Assembly: GCA_963713865.1 (NCBI GenBank)
Contig: OY970208.1
Location: 160,001-224,000, forward strand
Reading direction: 5' to 3'
Length of the DNA stretch: 64,000 nt
DNA from: an uncultured candidate division Zixibacteria bacterium
Lineage (GTDB): Bacteria > Zixibacteria > MSB-5A5 > RBG-16-43-9
How positions within the stretch are numbered: position 1 is the first letter of the stretch; each line of letters begins with the position of its first letter. A model generated the notes under the pieces. It was not told the origin of the DNA and searched no databases. It saw only the letters and a program-made list of their open reading frames with translations. A program made the position numbers and the translations under genes. Shown here in pieces: positions 10,368 through 20,297 of this stretch.

Positions 10368-12152
10368 ATGCCAAGATTAATTTTTCTTACTTTTTTTTGT
10401 TTTTTCTTCTTTTTATCTTTTTCTTATCCCCAGGATAAAGGGGTTTTCAACCAGGATTTAGACTTAGCTCAAAACCTGATTGGAGCAGGAAGATCTTCAG
10501 AAGCCATAGAGATACTGGAAAAACTAAAAAAACTTTCCCCGGAAAACCAGCAGGTTTTCTCCCTCCTTTCCAGAGCCTACCTGGATAACAAATCTTATCC
10601 TGTACTTGAAGAACATCTGAAAAACTGGCTAAAAAAATATCCGCAAGACTGGCGAGTCTGGGCTCAATTAGGGGACCTCTATCTTAAAATAGAAAAAAAA
10701 CCATTAGCAGATGAATCTTTTAAAAAAGCTTTGGATGTCGCTCCAGATTCTGTAGAACCTTATCAAATCATAGCCACTACCTATATTTTAAACCAGGAGC
10801 CTGATAAAGCAATCGAGACCTATAAATCGGGGATCAAAAAATCAGGTAACCAGCCACTATTATTGAAATCGCTGGCTGAGTTGTATGAGATCTCCGGAGA
10901 CAACGCTTCAGCTCTGGAGTATTATTTCTACTGGGCAAAAGAGGATACTTCTAAATACAGTGAAGTTGAGAGAAAGATTATGCGGTTAATAGAGTCGGGA
11001 GAAAAATCAGAGGAACTGGAAAAAGGATTAAAAAAAGGAATAACCCTTTTACCCAAGAAAAGTTTGGGTTATAAGCTTTACGGTGATCTTTTACTAAAAA
11101 AGGGCGAGCTAAGCCAGGCGTTTGAGCTCTTCAAAACCGCAGACCTCCTCTCCGGTTCGAATGGGGAAGACCTGCTCCTCTTTGCCCAGACCTGCTTTAA
11201 ACAACACTCTTATGAACTATCCTTGAAAGCCAGTCAGTATCTGGAGAGCTCATGTCATAGAGTTGAATGTGCGATTCAGTCCAGGTTCATCTCCGGTTAT
11301 TCACTTACCGGTCTTGGGAAATATTCTGAAGCCCTGTCCGTCTATCAAAAAATCGCACAGGACTATCCGATCAGGGATATCCAGGCTCAAGCCTATTTTC
11401 AAACCGGAGAGATCTATCTTGAGTTTCTCAATAAAAAAGACGAAGCTTCAATCTGGTATGGAAAAATCCTTCCTCTAAATGAAACCTTCCTTTATCCGGC
11501 GTCCTTGATTAAATTAGGTAAGATCTATATTTTAAAAGATCAATTAGATAGCGCACGCTTCTTTTTCGAGGAAACTCTTAAAAATCCAAAAGCTGAACCG
11601 GTTTATGAGGAGCTCAATTTTTACCTGGCAGAAATTGATTTCTATCAAGGTGATTTTGAGAAGTCCATAGAAGCTTATCAGAAGTTCTTGAACGATTTCC
11701 ACAAAGGGCTTTTCGTGAATAACACGCTGGAAAGACTTAATCTCATAAAAGATAATTTAGGTATGAACCGTCCTTTTCTAAAAGACTTTTCAAGGGCTTT
11801 GCTTCTTATCTACCAAGGAAATTTCGTAGAAGGGGAAAAATTATTGGATAAGATCATTCAGGCTAAAGTCTCAACCCTGTCCGATGTTGTCTGGATGGAA
11901 AAATCTTCTCTTCTCCGAAAAAAGAATGAATTCAAAGCTTCTATTTCAGAATACCAAAAACTGATAGATAACTATCCTCAAAGCCTTTACACCCCTCTTG
12001 CTTTAAAATCTATAGGAGATGTCTATTTGGAGAGCTTAAAGGAGAACCAAAAAGCTAAAGAGACCTACGAGCTTTTTCTAAAAAAATTCCCCTCTTCCCT
12101 TTATGCTCCGGAGGTAAGAAAAAAATTGAAAGGGTTAAGCAGTGGAAATTAG
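10368..12152 (+). CDS. Secreted/periplasmic TPR repeat protein
   Basis: Signal peptide and multiple TPR-like units. Confidence 0.85.
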   Translation: MPRLIFLTFFCFFFFLSFSYPQDKGVFNQDLDLAQNLIGAGRSSEAIEILEKLKKLSPENQQVFSLLSRAYLDNKSYPVLEEHLKNWLKKYPQDWRVWAQLGDLYLKIEKKPLADESFKKALDVAPDSVEPYQIIATTYILNQEPDKAIETYKSGIKKSGNQPLLLKSLAELYEISGDNASALEYYFYWAKEDTSKYSEVERKIMRLIESGEKSEELEKGLKKGITLLPKKSLGYKLYGDLLLKKGELSQAFELFKTADLLSGSNGEDLLLFAQTCFKQHSYELSLKASQYLESSCHRVECAIQSRFISGYSLTGLGKYSEALSVYQKIAQDYPIRDIQAQAYFQTGEIYLEFLNKKDEASIWYGKILPLNETFLYPASLIKLGKIYILKDQLDSARFFFEETLKNPKAEPVYEELNFYLAEIDFYQGDFEKSIEAYQKFLNDFHKGLFVNNTLERLNLIKDNLGMNRPFLKDFSRALLLIYQGNFVEGEKLLDKIIQAKVSTLSDVVWMEKSSLLRKKNEFKASISEYQKLIDNYPQSLYTPLALKSIGDVYLESLKENQKAKETYELFLKKFPSSLYAPEVRKKLKGLSSGN

Positions 12153-12385
12153 GTTTTGACTTTCTCTTTTAGAAGCTTTACCTCTTCTTCCAGCTTTTTT
12201 ATCTTTTCAATATACCCTTCTATTTGCTTTATCTTCATCTTGGTGCTGGTTCTTACCAAAAGACCTAAGGAAACCAACATAAAGAAAACCGAGTTAATTT
12301 TCCGGAAGATCTCTCCGAAAGCGAAAAGGCTGTCTAAAAAAGCTGCTATCCCTAAGAAAAAAAGTACTGCACACCAGACTAACAT
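12149..12385 (-). CDS. Small membrane protein (2 TM + coiled-coil tail)
   Basis: MLVWCAVLFFLGIAAFLDS...; two hydrophobic segments; ATG 12385 after AGGAAAG. Confidence 0.6.
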   Translation of the reverse strand: MLVWCAVLFFLGIAAFLDSLFAFGEIFRKINSVFFMLVSLGLLVRTSTKMKIKQIEGYIEKIKKLEEEVKLLKEKVKT

Positions 12386-12470
12386 AAGCTTTCCTTGACT
12401 TTTAAGGTTTAGTTTATATCTTATCAATCGACTTATTTTTTTATACCTTTAGATCAAAATTGGAGGTAAA

Positions 12471-15047
12471 ATGAGTTCACTTATCCGCTGGTATAAGAAA
12501 GACCCAAGCAATGTCTGGTTATCGGTAATAGTCTTTTTAATTGCCTTTATAGTTTATTTATACACTATGGCACCCACAGTCCCCTTCTGGGACTGCGGTG
12601 AGTTTATCGCCTGTTCTTATATCCTGGCGATACCGCATCCACCCGGCACTCCTTTATTTGTCCTGATAGGGCGGATATTCAGCTTATTGCCCATCTTCGG
12701 GGCGATAGCTCCACGAGTCAATTTCATCTCGGTTTTATCATCCGCCTTAACTGTCTGGATGGCCTATTTATTTATCGTGCGGGTGATGGGGCATATTTTG
12801 AAAGGCAAGGAGACAGGTTCAAGTATATGGGTCAGGCTTTCCAGTTATGTAGGGGGTATATCTGGCAGTTTATTTTTAGGTTTTTCATATACCTTCTGGT
12901 CGAGTGCCGTAGAGGCGGAGGTATATGGAACATCGATGTTTTTAATGGTTTTGATAGCCTATTTAGGATTATTGTGGTGGGAGAGAAGGGGTGAGCCTGA
13001 CTCAGACCGGCTACTGGTTTTAATCGGTTTCTTAGGAGTGTTATCTACTGGCATCCACATGACCATTTATCTTATAATGCCCCCGATATTTTTATTAGTC
13101 ATCATAGAGGATAAGAGCAAGTTAAAAGATGTCCGGTTCTGGATAAGCGGGATAATATTATCTCTGGTGATGTTCACCTTAATTCCCTTCTTAGTCTCCT
13201 TACTCGTTTGGCTATTGTTGAGTTTTATTTTCTGGCAGTTAAATCCTAATTCCCGTGCCTGGAATTTCATATTTGCCTTAGTATTATTTGCCACCATCGG
13301 TTATACTGTGCAGTTATATATACCGATACGTTCAGCCTTAGAGCCAGCCATAGATGAGAACGAGCCGGAGAACTGGGATGGTTTTCAATATTTTATAGGA
13401 CGTAAGCAGTATGGGCAGGTATCAATGGTAAGTCGGATGTTTACGCGTCGTGGTAGCTGGTTAAACCAGTTTGGGGTGCATGAGCGGATGGGTCTCTGGG
13501 GATTTTTCCGGGAGCAGTATCTGGACAAATCTTTGTGGTTTATACCAATAATCTTGGGTTTATTAGGGGTAGCGGAGGGAATAAGGCGACTTAAGGGTAT
13601 AGGATGGATGTTATTGTTTTTGGTATTGATTTCTTCAATTGGGTTAGTGGTCTATATGAATTTTGGAGATGGGACAGTATATAATTCTTTATCTGGCGAG
13701 ATAGAGCGGTTAGAGGTGCGTGATCGTGATTATTTCTTTATGCCGGCATTTATCTTTTATGCCATATTAATGGGGTTAGGCATCTCCAGATTCTTGAGTT
13801 ACATAGGAGAAAGCTATACTAAATGGAAGTTGGGAGAGTTTGGAGGTAGAAGTTTAGTATATGGGCTTTCAGTTATTTTTCTCTTAGGACCTTTAATGCC
13901 ACTGGATCGAGGGCTTCATTCACCCAATAATAGACGGAATAATTATCTGGCGTATGATTATGCTTATAACATCTTAAATTCTTGTGAGAAAGATGCCATA
14001 CTATTTACCAACGGGGATAACGATACTTTCCCTTTGTGGTTTATACAGCAGGTGGAAAAGGTCAGAACCGATGTCAGGGTGATTAATTTAAGCTTGCTCC
14101 AAACCGACTGGTATATCCTTCAGCTCAAGGATAAATGGAACGTTCCGATTAGCCTAAGTTACGACCAGATAAAATGTTTTGATACACAGCGTCCAGATGG
14201 AACTATTATGCCTTTACCAAAAGAGAAATATTTTGACCCGCTCAGAGGAGTCCAGCATTATCTAACCGCTTATTATGATCAAAACTCCAAAAAGCTTATC
14301 CGGGTATCGGATCTGATGATCGAGAATATAATTATGTCCAATCAGTGGAAATACCCTGTCTTTTTCTCCTCTACTGTTCCTCCAGATGGTCGGGTGAATC
14401 TGGATAACCATCTTAAAAAAGCTGGTTTCGGTATGAAAATTGTGCCAGAGGAAGGAAAATTTATGTTTGATCCTGATAAATATAATAAGCTTCTTTGGGA
14501 GGTTTACCACTATCGGGGTTTAAATAACACTAAAGTATATAAGGACGAAAATGCTATCGGGATGATGGTCAGTTATCCGGAGATGTTTATTGAATTGAGT
14601 AATTACTATCTTTCTTCCGGAAACAGGGAAAAGGCAAAAGCTGAATTACAAAAGGCGATTCAAGTATATCCGGACTACTATCGGAGCTATTCCATTTTAG
14701 CCGGGCTTTATAATGAAGAAGGGAAAGCTGATTCGACTCGATCCCTTTTGAAAAAAGGTGAAGCACATCTCAAATCCTTATATAACCTTAACTCACAGCT
14801 TTTATATCTCCAGTATCTGGGCCTTTTCTATATAAGCCAGAAAAATACAAAAGAAGCAGAAAAAATCTTTTACCAGGCTTATCAAGAAAGTCCGGATAAC
14901 GAGATCAGCTTCAGGGCTCTTTCAGACCTTTACATAATGAACGGGAAATATACTGAATCAGAAAGGATCCTGGAGAAATGGCTGGAGAGCCATCCAAATG
15001 ATCAGACTGTTAACAATGTTTTACAGAAATTGCGAAGTAGACAATAA
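12471..15047 (+). CDS. DUF2723 (TMEM260-like) membrane glycosyltransferase with C-terminal TPRs
   Basis: FWDCGEFIA, IPHPPGTPLF, EAEVY, RDRDYFF, FTNGDNDTFPLW; GGAGG SD. Confidence 0.9.
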   Translation: MSSLIRWYKKDPSNVWLSVIVFLIAFIVYLYTMAPTVPFWDCGEFIACSYILAIPHPPGTPLFVLIGRIFSLLPIFGAIAPRVNFISVLSSALTVWMAYLFIVRVMGHILKGKETGSSIWVRLSSYVGGISGSLFLGFSYTFWSSAVEAEVYGTSMFLMVLIAYLGLLWWERRGEPDSDRLLVLIGFLGVLSTGIHMTIYLIMPPIFLLVIIEDKSKLKDVRFWISGIILSLVMFTLIPFLVSLLVWLLLSFIFWQLNPNSRAWNFIFALVLFATIGYTVQLYIPIRSALEPAIDENEPENWDGFQYFIGRKQYGQVSMVSRMFTRRGSWLNQFGVHERMGLWGFFREQYLDKSLWFIPIILGLLGVAEGIRRLKGIGWMLLFLVLISSIGLVVYMNFGDGTVYNSLSGEIERLEVRDRDYFFMPAFIFYAILMGLGISRFLSYIGESYTKWKLGEFGGRSLVYGLSVIFLLGPLMPLDRGLHSPNNRRNNYLAYDYAYNILNSCEKDAILFTNGDNDTFPLWFIQQVEKVRTDVRVINLSLLQTDWYILQLKDKWNVPISLSYDQIKCFDTQRPDGTIMPLPKEKYFDPLRGVQHYLTAYYDQNSKKLIRVSDLMIENIIMSNQWKYPVFFSSTVPPDGRVNLDNHLKKAGFGMKIVPEEGKFMFDPDKYNKLLWEVYHYRGLNNTKVYKDENAIGMMVSYPEMFIELSNYYLSSGNREKAKAELQKAIQVYPDYYRSYSILAGLYNEEGKADSTRSLLKKGEAHLKSLYNLNSQLLYLQYLGLFYISQKNTKEAEKIFYQAYQESPDNEISFRALSDLYIMNGKYTESERILEKWLESHPNDQTVNNVLQKLRSRQ

Positions 15048-15100
15048 TCTTGTAGGGACAAAGCCGTAAACCCACCTTGCCCTCAAGGTGGGTTATTTTT

Positions 15101-15967
15101 TTATTTTGGTAATTTTATTTTTAATTTTCCATCCTGTGAACCTCTATCATGAAAAACAGTATAATCAAAATCTAATTCGGATAATTCTTTCTTAGTAGGC
15201 AATACAATAGTAAAATCGAGATTCTCTGGTCTAGAGATGAGCCATTTTTTAGTATCAGTATAATACCCTATGAATTGATTGAGCCTATAACTCCATGTCT
15301 GCAAATCAGCTGAAGAATCATATACTGACCAGCCAGAAGATTTGAAATTAAATATTCTCGGGACTTTTAAAATAAAGTTATTCTTTTCAGATGTTTGATT
15401 ACCTTTGTTCAATAAAGCAGGGACAATATGCACTTTATTACTATCAATCCTTTCAACCTTGTCTACATATAAGACTAAATCCGGTTTTCGTGAGATTTCC
15501 TCCTCCCAACTTGCTTGAGTCTTTTTAAGTAGTTGTAGTTGTTTATCACTAGCCTCAACGATTTCGCTTAATTTCTTTTCGTAAGAGACCAAACTGCTTG
15601 AAAATATGTCCACATCTTTTCGTAGTCCACCTATAGACGAGCTTAATCCTTTTTGCTGCCCTTCAACCACCTCCGTCAGGTTCTGTATAGTGGAATCAAA
15701 TTTATTAACACTTTGCGGTAACGCCTCAATTCTATTCTCTACTCTTGCAAAGAGTGTATCAAGATTTCTAAGGTGACCTTCTACATTAGAGGCGAATCTA
15801 TCGGAACTCCTAAGATTCCATATTCCCAGACCGAACGCTAAGATTAATAGAGCTAATTCTACGACTCGAAAAACGGGATCAGTTCTTTTTACCCACTTGG
15901 TGAAACGCCCCCTTTTTCTGACCTTTGTTTTTTGCGGTTTATTTTCTAAATTGTTTTCGATTTCCAT
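15101..15967 (-). CDS. Hypothetical single-TM protein (coiled coil + C-terminal beta domain)
   Basis: 288-aa ORF with one TM helix and a heptad region; AT-rich. Confidence 0.7.
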   Translation of the reverse strand: MEIENNLENKPQKTKVRKRGRFTKWVKRTDPVFRVVELALLILAFGLGIWNLRSSDRFASNVEGHLRNLDTLFARVENRIEALPQSVNKFDSTIQNLTEVVEGQQKGLSSSIGGLRKDVDIFSSSLVSYEKKLSEIVEASDKQLQLLKKTQASWEEEISRKPDLVLYVDKVERIDSNKVHIVPALLNKGNQTSEKNNFILKVPRIFNFKSSGWSVYDSSADLQTWSYRLNQFIGYYTDTKKWLISRPENLDFTIVLPTKKELSELDFDYTVFHDRGSQDGKLKIKLPK

Positions 15968-16357
15968 TTGTCAATTGATTTTGATAGGTTTTAAGTCTTG
16001 CCTTAAAAGAGTTTCCAATTATTTCTAATTAAAATACATCTTTTCTATTATAATAGGCAAGAAAAATTATTACACATCTATTGAATTTTTTATTTTAAAA
16101 AATTGATATCCAAATTGTGAGAGAAGTAGGGGCACGGCATGCCGTGCCTCTACAATTTACATCTACGCCACTAAAGCAGCTAGGAACTGTTAAAGTAAAG
16201 TTAAAACTTTACACTTTAGTATTTCAATTCTTTTCTGATGTTTCGGGAATTCCTGACACCAAAGCATCAAAAAATCTCACTTTAAGTATTAAAGCGTCTT
16301 TCTCCATTATATTCTTGATAATATCCGAGATGTTCCTACGTAAGCTGAACCTGTTGA

Positions 16358-17365
16358 CTACCTAGAGAATATTTTAATTGCCGAATCAAGTAGAAAGTAG
16401 AAAATTCCTGCAGTCAGGGCAGCACCGGGGATGGTTAAAAACCAGGCCCAGACAATTTTTAAAGTAACGCCCCAGCGCACCGCGCTAAGATGCTTTGCCG
16501 CGCCCACGCCAGAAATAGCACCGGTGATAACATGAGTAGTGCTGACTGGCACGCCCATGTGGGTAGCCAGAAAAATACTAAAGGCGCTGGCAGTTTCCGC
16601 ACAAAAACCATCAATCGGTCTTAATTTAGTTATCTTTTGACCCATGGTCTTCACAATGCGCCAGCCGCCAGACAAGGTTCCTAAGGCAATGGCTGCGTGT
16701 GCGCTCAGCACGACCCAAAGAGGCACGTGGAAGCTTTTAAGTAGACCAGCAGAAAAAAGTAAACTTGAGATAATACCCATAGTTTTTTGAGCATCATTAC
16801 CCCCATGGCCCAAACTATATAAACCTGCAGAAAATAATTGCATTCGCCGCGACCACTTGTCAATAGAAGTAGGATGCCTTTTATGAACTATCCAGGTGAC
16901 AATCACAATAAAAACCAATCCCAAAACCAATCCAATTGTGGGTGCTAAAAAAAGAAAAATAATAGTTTTAGTCCATCCGCTAACGATAATAATTTTGAAG
17001 CCGGCTTTGACAATGGCCGCACCAGCGTAGCCACCGATTAAAGCATGGGAGGAGCTGGTTGGCAGGCCTAAATACCAGGTAAAAAGATTCAAACTGATGG
17101 CACCGATCAGGCCAGCGAATATAAGTCGCGGTGTGACTATACTGATATCAATCATACCTCTACCAATTGTGGTGGCTACGGCCGTTCCAAAAATCAGAAA
17201 AGCGACAAAATTAAAAAAAGCCGCCCAGACCACAGCCTGTCGAGGTGTTAAAACACGGGTGGAGACAACCGTGGCGATAGAATTAGCAGCGTCATGCAGG
17301 CCATTGGTAAAATCAAAAGCCAAAGCAATCAAAATAATAAAGATTACAAAGATTAAACTCAGCAT
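16358..17365 (-). CDS. Inorganic phosphate transporter, PiT family
   Basis: NGLHDAANSIAT, HGGNDAQKTMG, PVSTTH signatures. Confidence 0.95.
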   Translation of the reverse strand: MLSLIFVIFIILIALAFDFTNGLHDAANSIATVVSTRVLTPRQAVVWAAFFNFVAFLIFGTAVATTIGRGMIDISIVTPRLIFAGLIGAISLNLFTWYLGLPTSSSHALIGGYAGAAIVKAGFKIIIVSGWTKTIIFLFLAPTIGLVLGLVFIVIVTWIVHKRHPTSIDKWSRRMQLFSAGLYSLGHGGNDAQKTMGIISSLLFSAGLLKSFHVPLWVVLSAHAAIALGTLSGGWRIVKTMGQKITKLRPIDGFCAETASAFSIFLATHMGVPVSTTHVITGAISGVGAAKHLSAVRWGVTLKIVWAWFLTIPGAALTAGIFYFLLDSAIKIFSR

Positions 17366-17372
17366 CTTAAAA

Positions 17373-17486
17373 TTAAGTTGATTTAATCATAATGTCTTCA
17401 ATAACACTCGACAAGTCTTCGCAGCAGTCAGATGCGATTTCTAAGCGATTATAAATTTCTTTTAATTTAATCAAATCATTTAATAT
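17373..17486 (-). pseudogene. Relic 3' end of a second DUF47 gene
   Basis: Translates ILNDLIKLKEIYNRLEIASDCCEDLSSVIEDIMIKST*, aligning with the C-terminus of the adjacent DUF47 protein (AIKWKEIYGRLETAADHCENISNVIETIVVKNA). Confidence 0.8.
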
Positions 17487-18098
17487 TCAGGCGTTCTTCA
17501 CCACTATGGTTTCAATCACATTGGATATATTCTCACAGTGATCCGCCGCAGTTTCCAATCTCCCGTAGATCTCTTTCCATTTTATAGCTTTTCTCCAATC
17601 AGTTTCTGCATCCAATAGTATCCCGATCATCGTCTGGGAGATCTGGTCCGCTTCATTTTCTAAACTATTTATTTCCACACAAAAAGGGTGGAGGTTTTTG
17701 AAATGTTTCAGATCAGCTATAGCTTTTTCTATTTCCACCGTGGCTTTGTAGATTATGTTCACTAACTGGATACATTCCGGAGTGGGTTTTTCTATCTTGA
17801 AAAACAAAAGCCGGCTGGAAATCCCCTCAATCGCATCTAAGACATCATCTAACTCGCTGGCAAGCTGGTGAATATCTTCCCGGTCCAGAGGAGTAACAAA
17901 AGTTCGGTTAAGGCTTGCTACAATCTGATGAATTAACCTATCACCCTGATGCTCGATATCTTCTATCTTCTTGACCTTGTTTTCCACATCGGTATAGTTT
18001 TCCACCAGGTCTTTTAAGGCTTCCGCTCCTTTCAAAAGACTTTGAGCTAATTCCTTTAACATCTCAAAAAACTTTTCCTCTTTGGGTAAAAATCTCAT
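17487..18098 (-). CDS. DUF47 (PhoU-like) Pit accessory protein
   Basis: EHQGD, TFVTPLDREDI, ENEAD, KEIY..LE motifs; next to pit. Confidence 0.93.
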   Translation of the reverse strand: MRFLPKEEKFFEMLKELAQSLLKGAEALKDLVENYTDVENKVKKIEDIEHQGDRLIHQIVASLNRTFVTPLDREDIHQLASELDDVLDAIEGISSRLLFFKIEKPTPECIQLVNIIYKATVEIEKAIADLKHFKNLHPFCVEINSLENEADQISQTMIGILLDAETDWRKAIKWKEIYGRLETAADHCENISNVIETIVVKNA

Positions 18099-18149
18099 CG
18101 TAATACTCCTTTCTGCTCTCTCCTGTAAGGAGAAGGATAAGGCAAGGCT

Positions 18150-19325
18150 TTACCAATGTTTTCTAATAAGTTCTCTAAATTCCTTGAAAACTGTAAGTTT
18201 TCTTTTCCCCACAAAAGCTAATATCAGCTCAACATAAAGCCAGAAAAGATAAACCCAGGTTATCTCCTCTCTTAGAGTGGGTATCACAAATTGTACGAAC
18301 CATAAGCTGAAAAGCCCTAAAGCCTCATACCAGCGAAACTCCATATTGGCTAAAAGGATCATTCCTAAAGCTGATTGAGCGATGGTTAAAAATATCTCCA
18401 CTTTCTGATGAGAATCAAAATGAATGGCTGAAACCTTTCCGGTGCTTATCGAATAGACTATGGGAATCATAGCCACCAGCACGGTCCACTGATTGATATT
18501 AGAGGAAACCATGTTCATCAAAGCCATTGGAGCTTTCTTTACTGTCCGAGCCCAGTTAAAAGCCGTTACTTTTTCCGGGAACTCAGATAGAAAAGGTGAA
18601 ACCCACTGGATGAAGATGAATTGAGATACTCCTAAGAAAGTGGCTAAAGCTAACATACTATGAAGAAAAGGCTCTGCGACTAGATATAACCATAACCCTC
18701 CAAAGATAAAAAGGGAAGCTATAGCAAGATTCCTTTTTGCCGGTTTCTGTTTTAATATCCATCTGGGAACTCTGCCAACGTCCTCGACCTTCTCCTTATC
18801 CTGTGGAGGAATTTTCTGAAGAATATAAAGATAAATAACATATATCAGAAAAAGTATCATCGAATCAAAAATGGAAAGGGTTCCTTTTATAACTATAATT
18901 ACAAAATATAGAATTGGCGGAATAAGACCTAAAACCTCAACTGAATGCTCACCTTCTAACTTTATATTTGACCATCTTCTTTCCCCTGGTTTCCTTTTTC
19001 TGAAGAAAACTGTAGTGAAATAGATCATGGGCCATCCTAAACCCACCAGAAGTCTTAACGAGCCGGTGAAATTAGCAGTTACCAGATGAATTTTTTGCGG
19101 ATCGATCCCTGCTTCCCAGGCAATGACTGCTTCTACCATAAATTCAGGCAGAGTCTGAAGCCAGGCTAAAATTGCTAAGGCTAATCCTTGAGAAAGTAAA
19201 AATTGGGCTGATTCTGCCGCCCATCCGATGATTAAAGCTGAGAGGAGTACTGAGGGAAAGGTCCAGATCGCAGATAGTGCTTTCGATGTAACTGCAGAAG
19301 CAGTTGTAATTGTTTCCCTTACCAT
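18150..19325 (-). CDS. Cation:Ca2+ exchanger (CaCA superfamily)
   Basis: Two alpha-repeat-like motifs (LQTLPEF, FLSEFPE...SSNINQW); about 10 TM helices. Confidence 0.8.
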   Translation of the reverse strand: MVRETITTASAVTSKALSAIWTFPSVLLSALIIGWAAESAQFLLSQGLALAILAWLQTLPEFMVEAVIAWEAGIDPQKIHLVTANFTGSLRLLVGLGWPMIYFTTVFFRKRKPGERRWSNIKLEGEHSVEVLGLIPPILYFVIIVIKGTLSIFDSMILFLIYVIYLYILQKIPPQDKEKVEDVGRVPRWILKQKPAKRNLAIASLFIFGGLWLYLVAEPFLHSMLALATFLGVSQFIFIQWVSPFLSEFPEKVTAFNWARTVKKAPMALMNMVSSNINQWTVLVAMIPIVYSISTGKVSAIHFDSHQKVEIFLTIAQSALGMILLANMEFRWYEALGLFSLWFVQFVIPTLREEITWVYLFWLYVELILAFVGKRKLTVFKEFRELIRKHW

Positions 19326-19326
19326 A

Positions 19327-19944
19327 TCAAAAACTCATCTTTTCCTTGATGGAAAATTTATCAGGAGAAGCAATCCCGCCTGAGACAAAAAATTCAATCC
19401 CTTGTTCAACTGATATCTCTAAAAGGATAACTTCTTCTCCCTTAAAAAGTAGTGTCCATCCGGTAAAAGGGGTTGGGGTAGAGGGAACAAAGACTACCAG
19501 TAACTCTTCATTCCTAAGATAAACTCTATTGGTTATGAAACCCAAGGTGAAAACCCCCCTACGGGGAAATTGTATAAGAACAACCTGTTTGAATGCCCTC
19601 TTATCTTCAACAGTTAAACTTTCCACTAACTGTTTGGCAGGTCCATAGATAGTACGAATTATGGGAATTCTCAAAAATAGCGACTGCCCGTAAGACACCA
19701 ACCGGGAGAAAATCACGCTTGAGGCAAAAATTCCAGCTAAGAATATCAGGATCAAAGTGGCTAAAAACCCTATTCCTGGAATTTTGTATCCGATGAGTTT
19801 ATTTATTAATGGGGATAAAAGCCCATCCACATTTACAAAAAGAAAACGCAGAACCAGATAGGTGATGATTAAAGGGACAATGATTAATACGCCGGAAAGA
19901 AAATAATTTCTTAGAATTTTTGTAATAGTATCCTTAAACGCCAT
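19327..19944 (-). CDS. DUF502 family membrane protein
   Basis: RIPIIRTIY, VFVPSTPTPFTG, VSGG. Confidence 0.9.
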   Translation of the reverse strand: MAFKDTITKILRNYFLSGVLIIVPLIITYLVLRFLFVNVDGLLSPLINKLIGYKIPGIGFLATLILIFLAGIFASSVIFSRLVSYGQSLFLRIPIIRTIYGPAKQLVESLTVEDKRAFKQVVLIQFPRRGVFTLGFITNRVYLRNEELLVVFVPSTPTPFTGWTLLFKGEEVILLEISVEQGIEFFVSGGIASPDKFSIKEKMSF

Positions 19945-20016
19945 AACCTTCTTTCAATTCTCTTTAAGTTATTCTTTTTCATCTTTTTGTCAATAAGATT
20001 TGAACAAAAAAACAAT

Positions 20017-20290
20017 GTAGGGGCTCAAAATTTTGAACCCTTATAATCTTTTTTATTTTATCTTTAGTGAGTCAGGCATTCCGGTGGTTGAGTGGCTACG
20101 CTTTCGTAAGACAGGCATCGACTCCTGACCGAATCGGTAACCCCACCTTGCCCACAAGGTGGGGTTATAGTATACCCATGTTGAGGGCAACGTGGGTATA
20201 CCAGTCATAGGGCAAGGCCGTCAAGATCTTGAGACTTCAACCTTGCATAAAAAAATTGTAGGGGTGTATTGCCCCATACACCCTTACAAA
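20017..20290. repeat. REP-like palindrome cluster
   Basis: GTAGGGGCTCAAAATTTTGAACCC, ACCCCACCTTGCCCACAAGGTGGGGT, ACCCATGTTGAGGGCAACGTGGGT, GTAGGGGTGTATTGCCCCATACACCCTTAC. Confidence 0.75.
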
Positions 20291-20297
20291 AAATTAA

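Noticed and set aside
17487-17489. Selenocysteine at the DUF47 TGA
   Set aside because: The downstream sequence is AT-rich with no SECIS-like hairpin, and the TGA sits at the normal family C-terminus.
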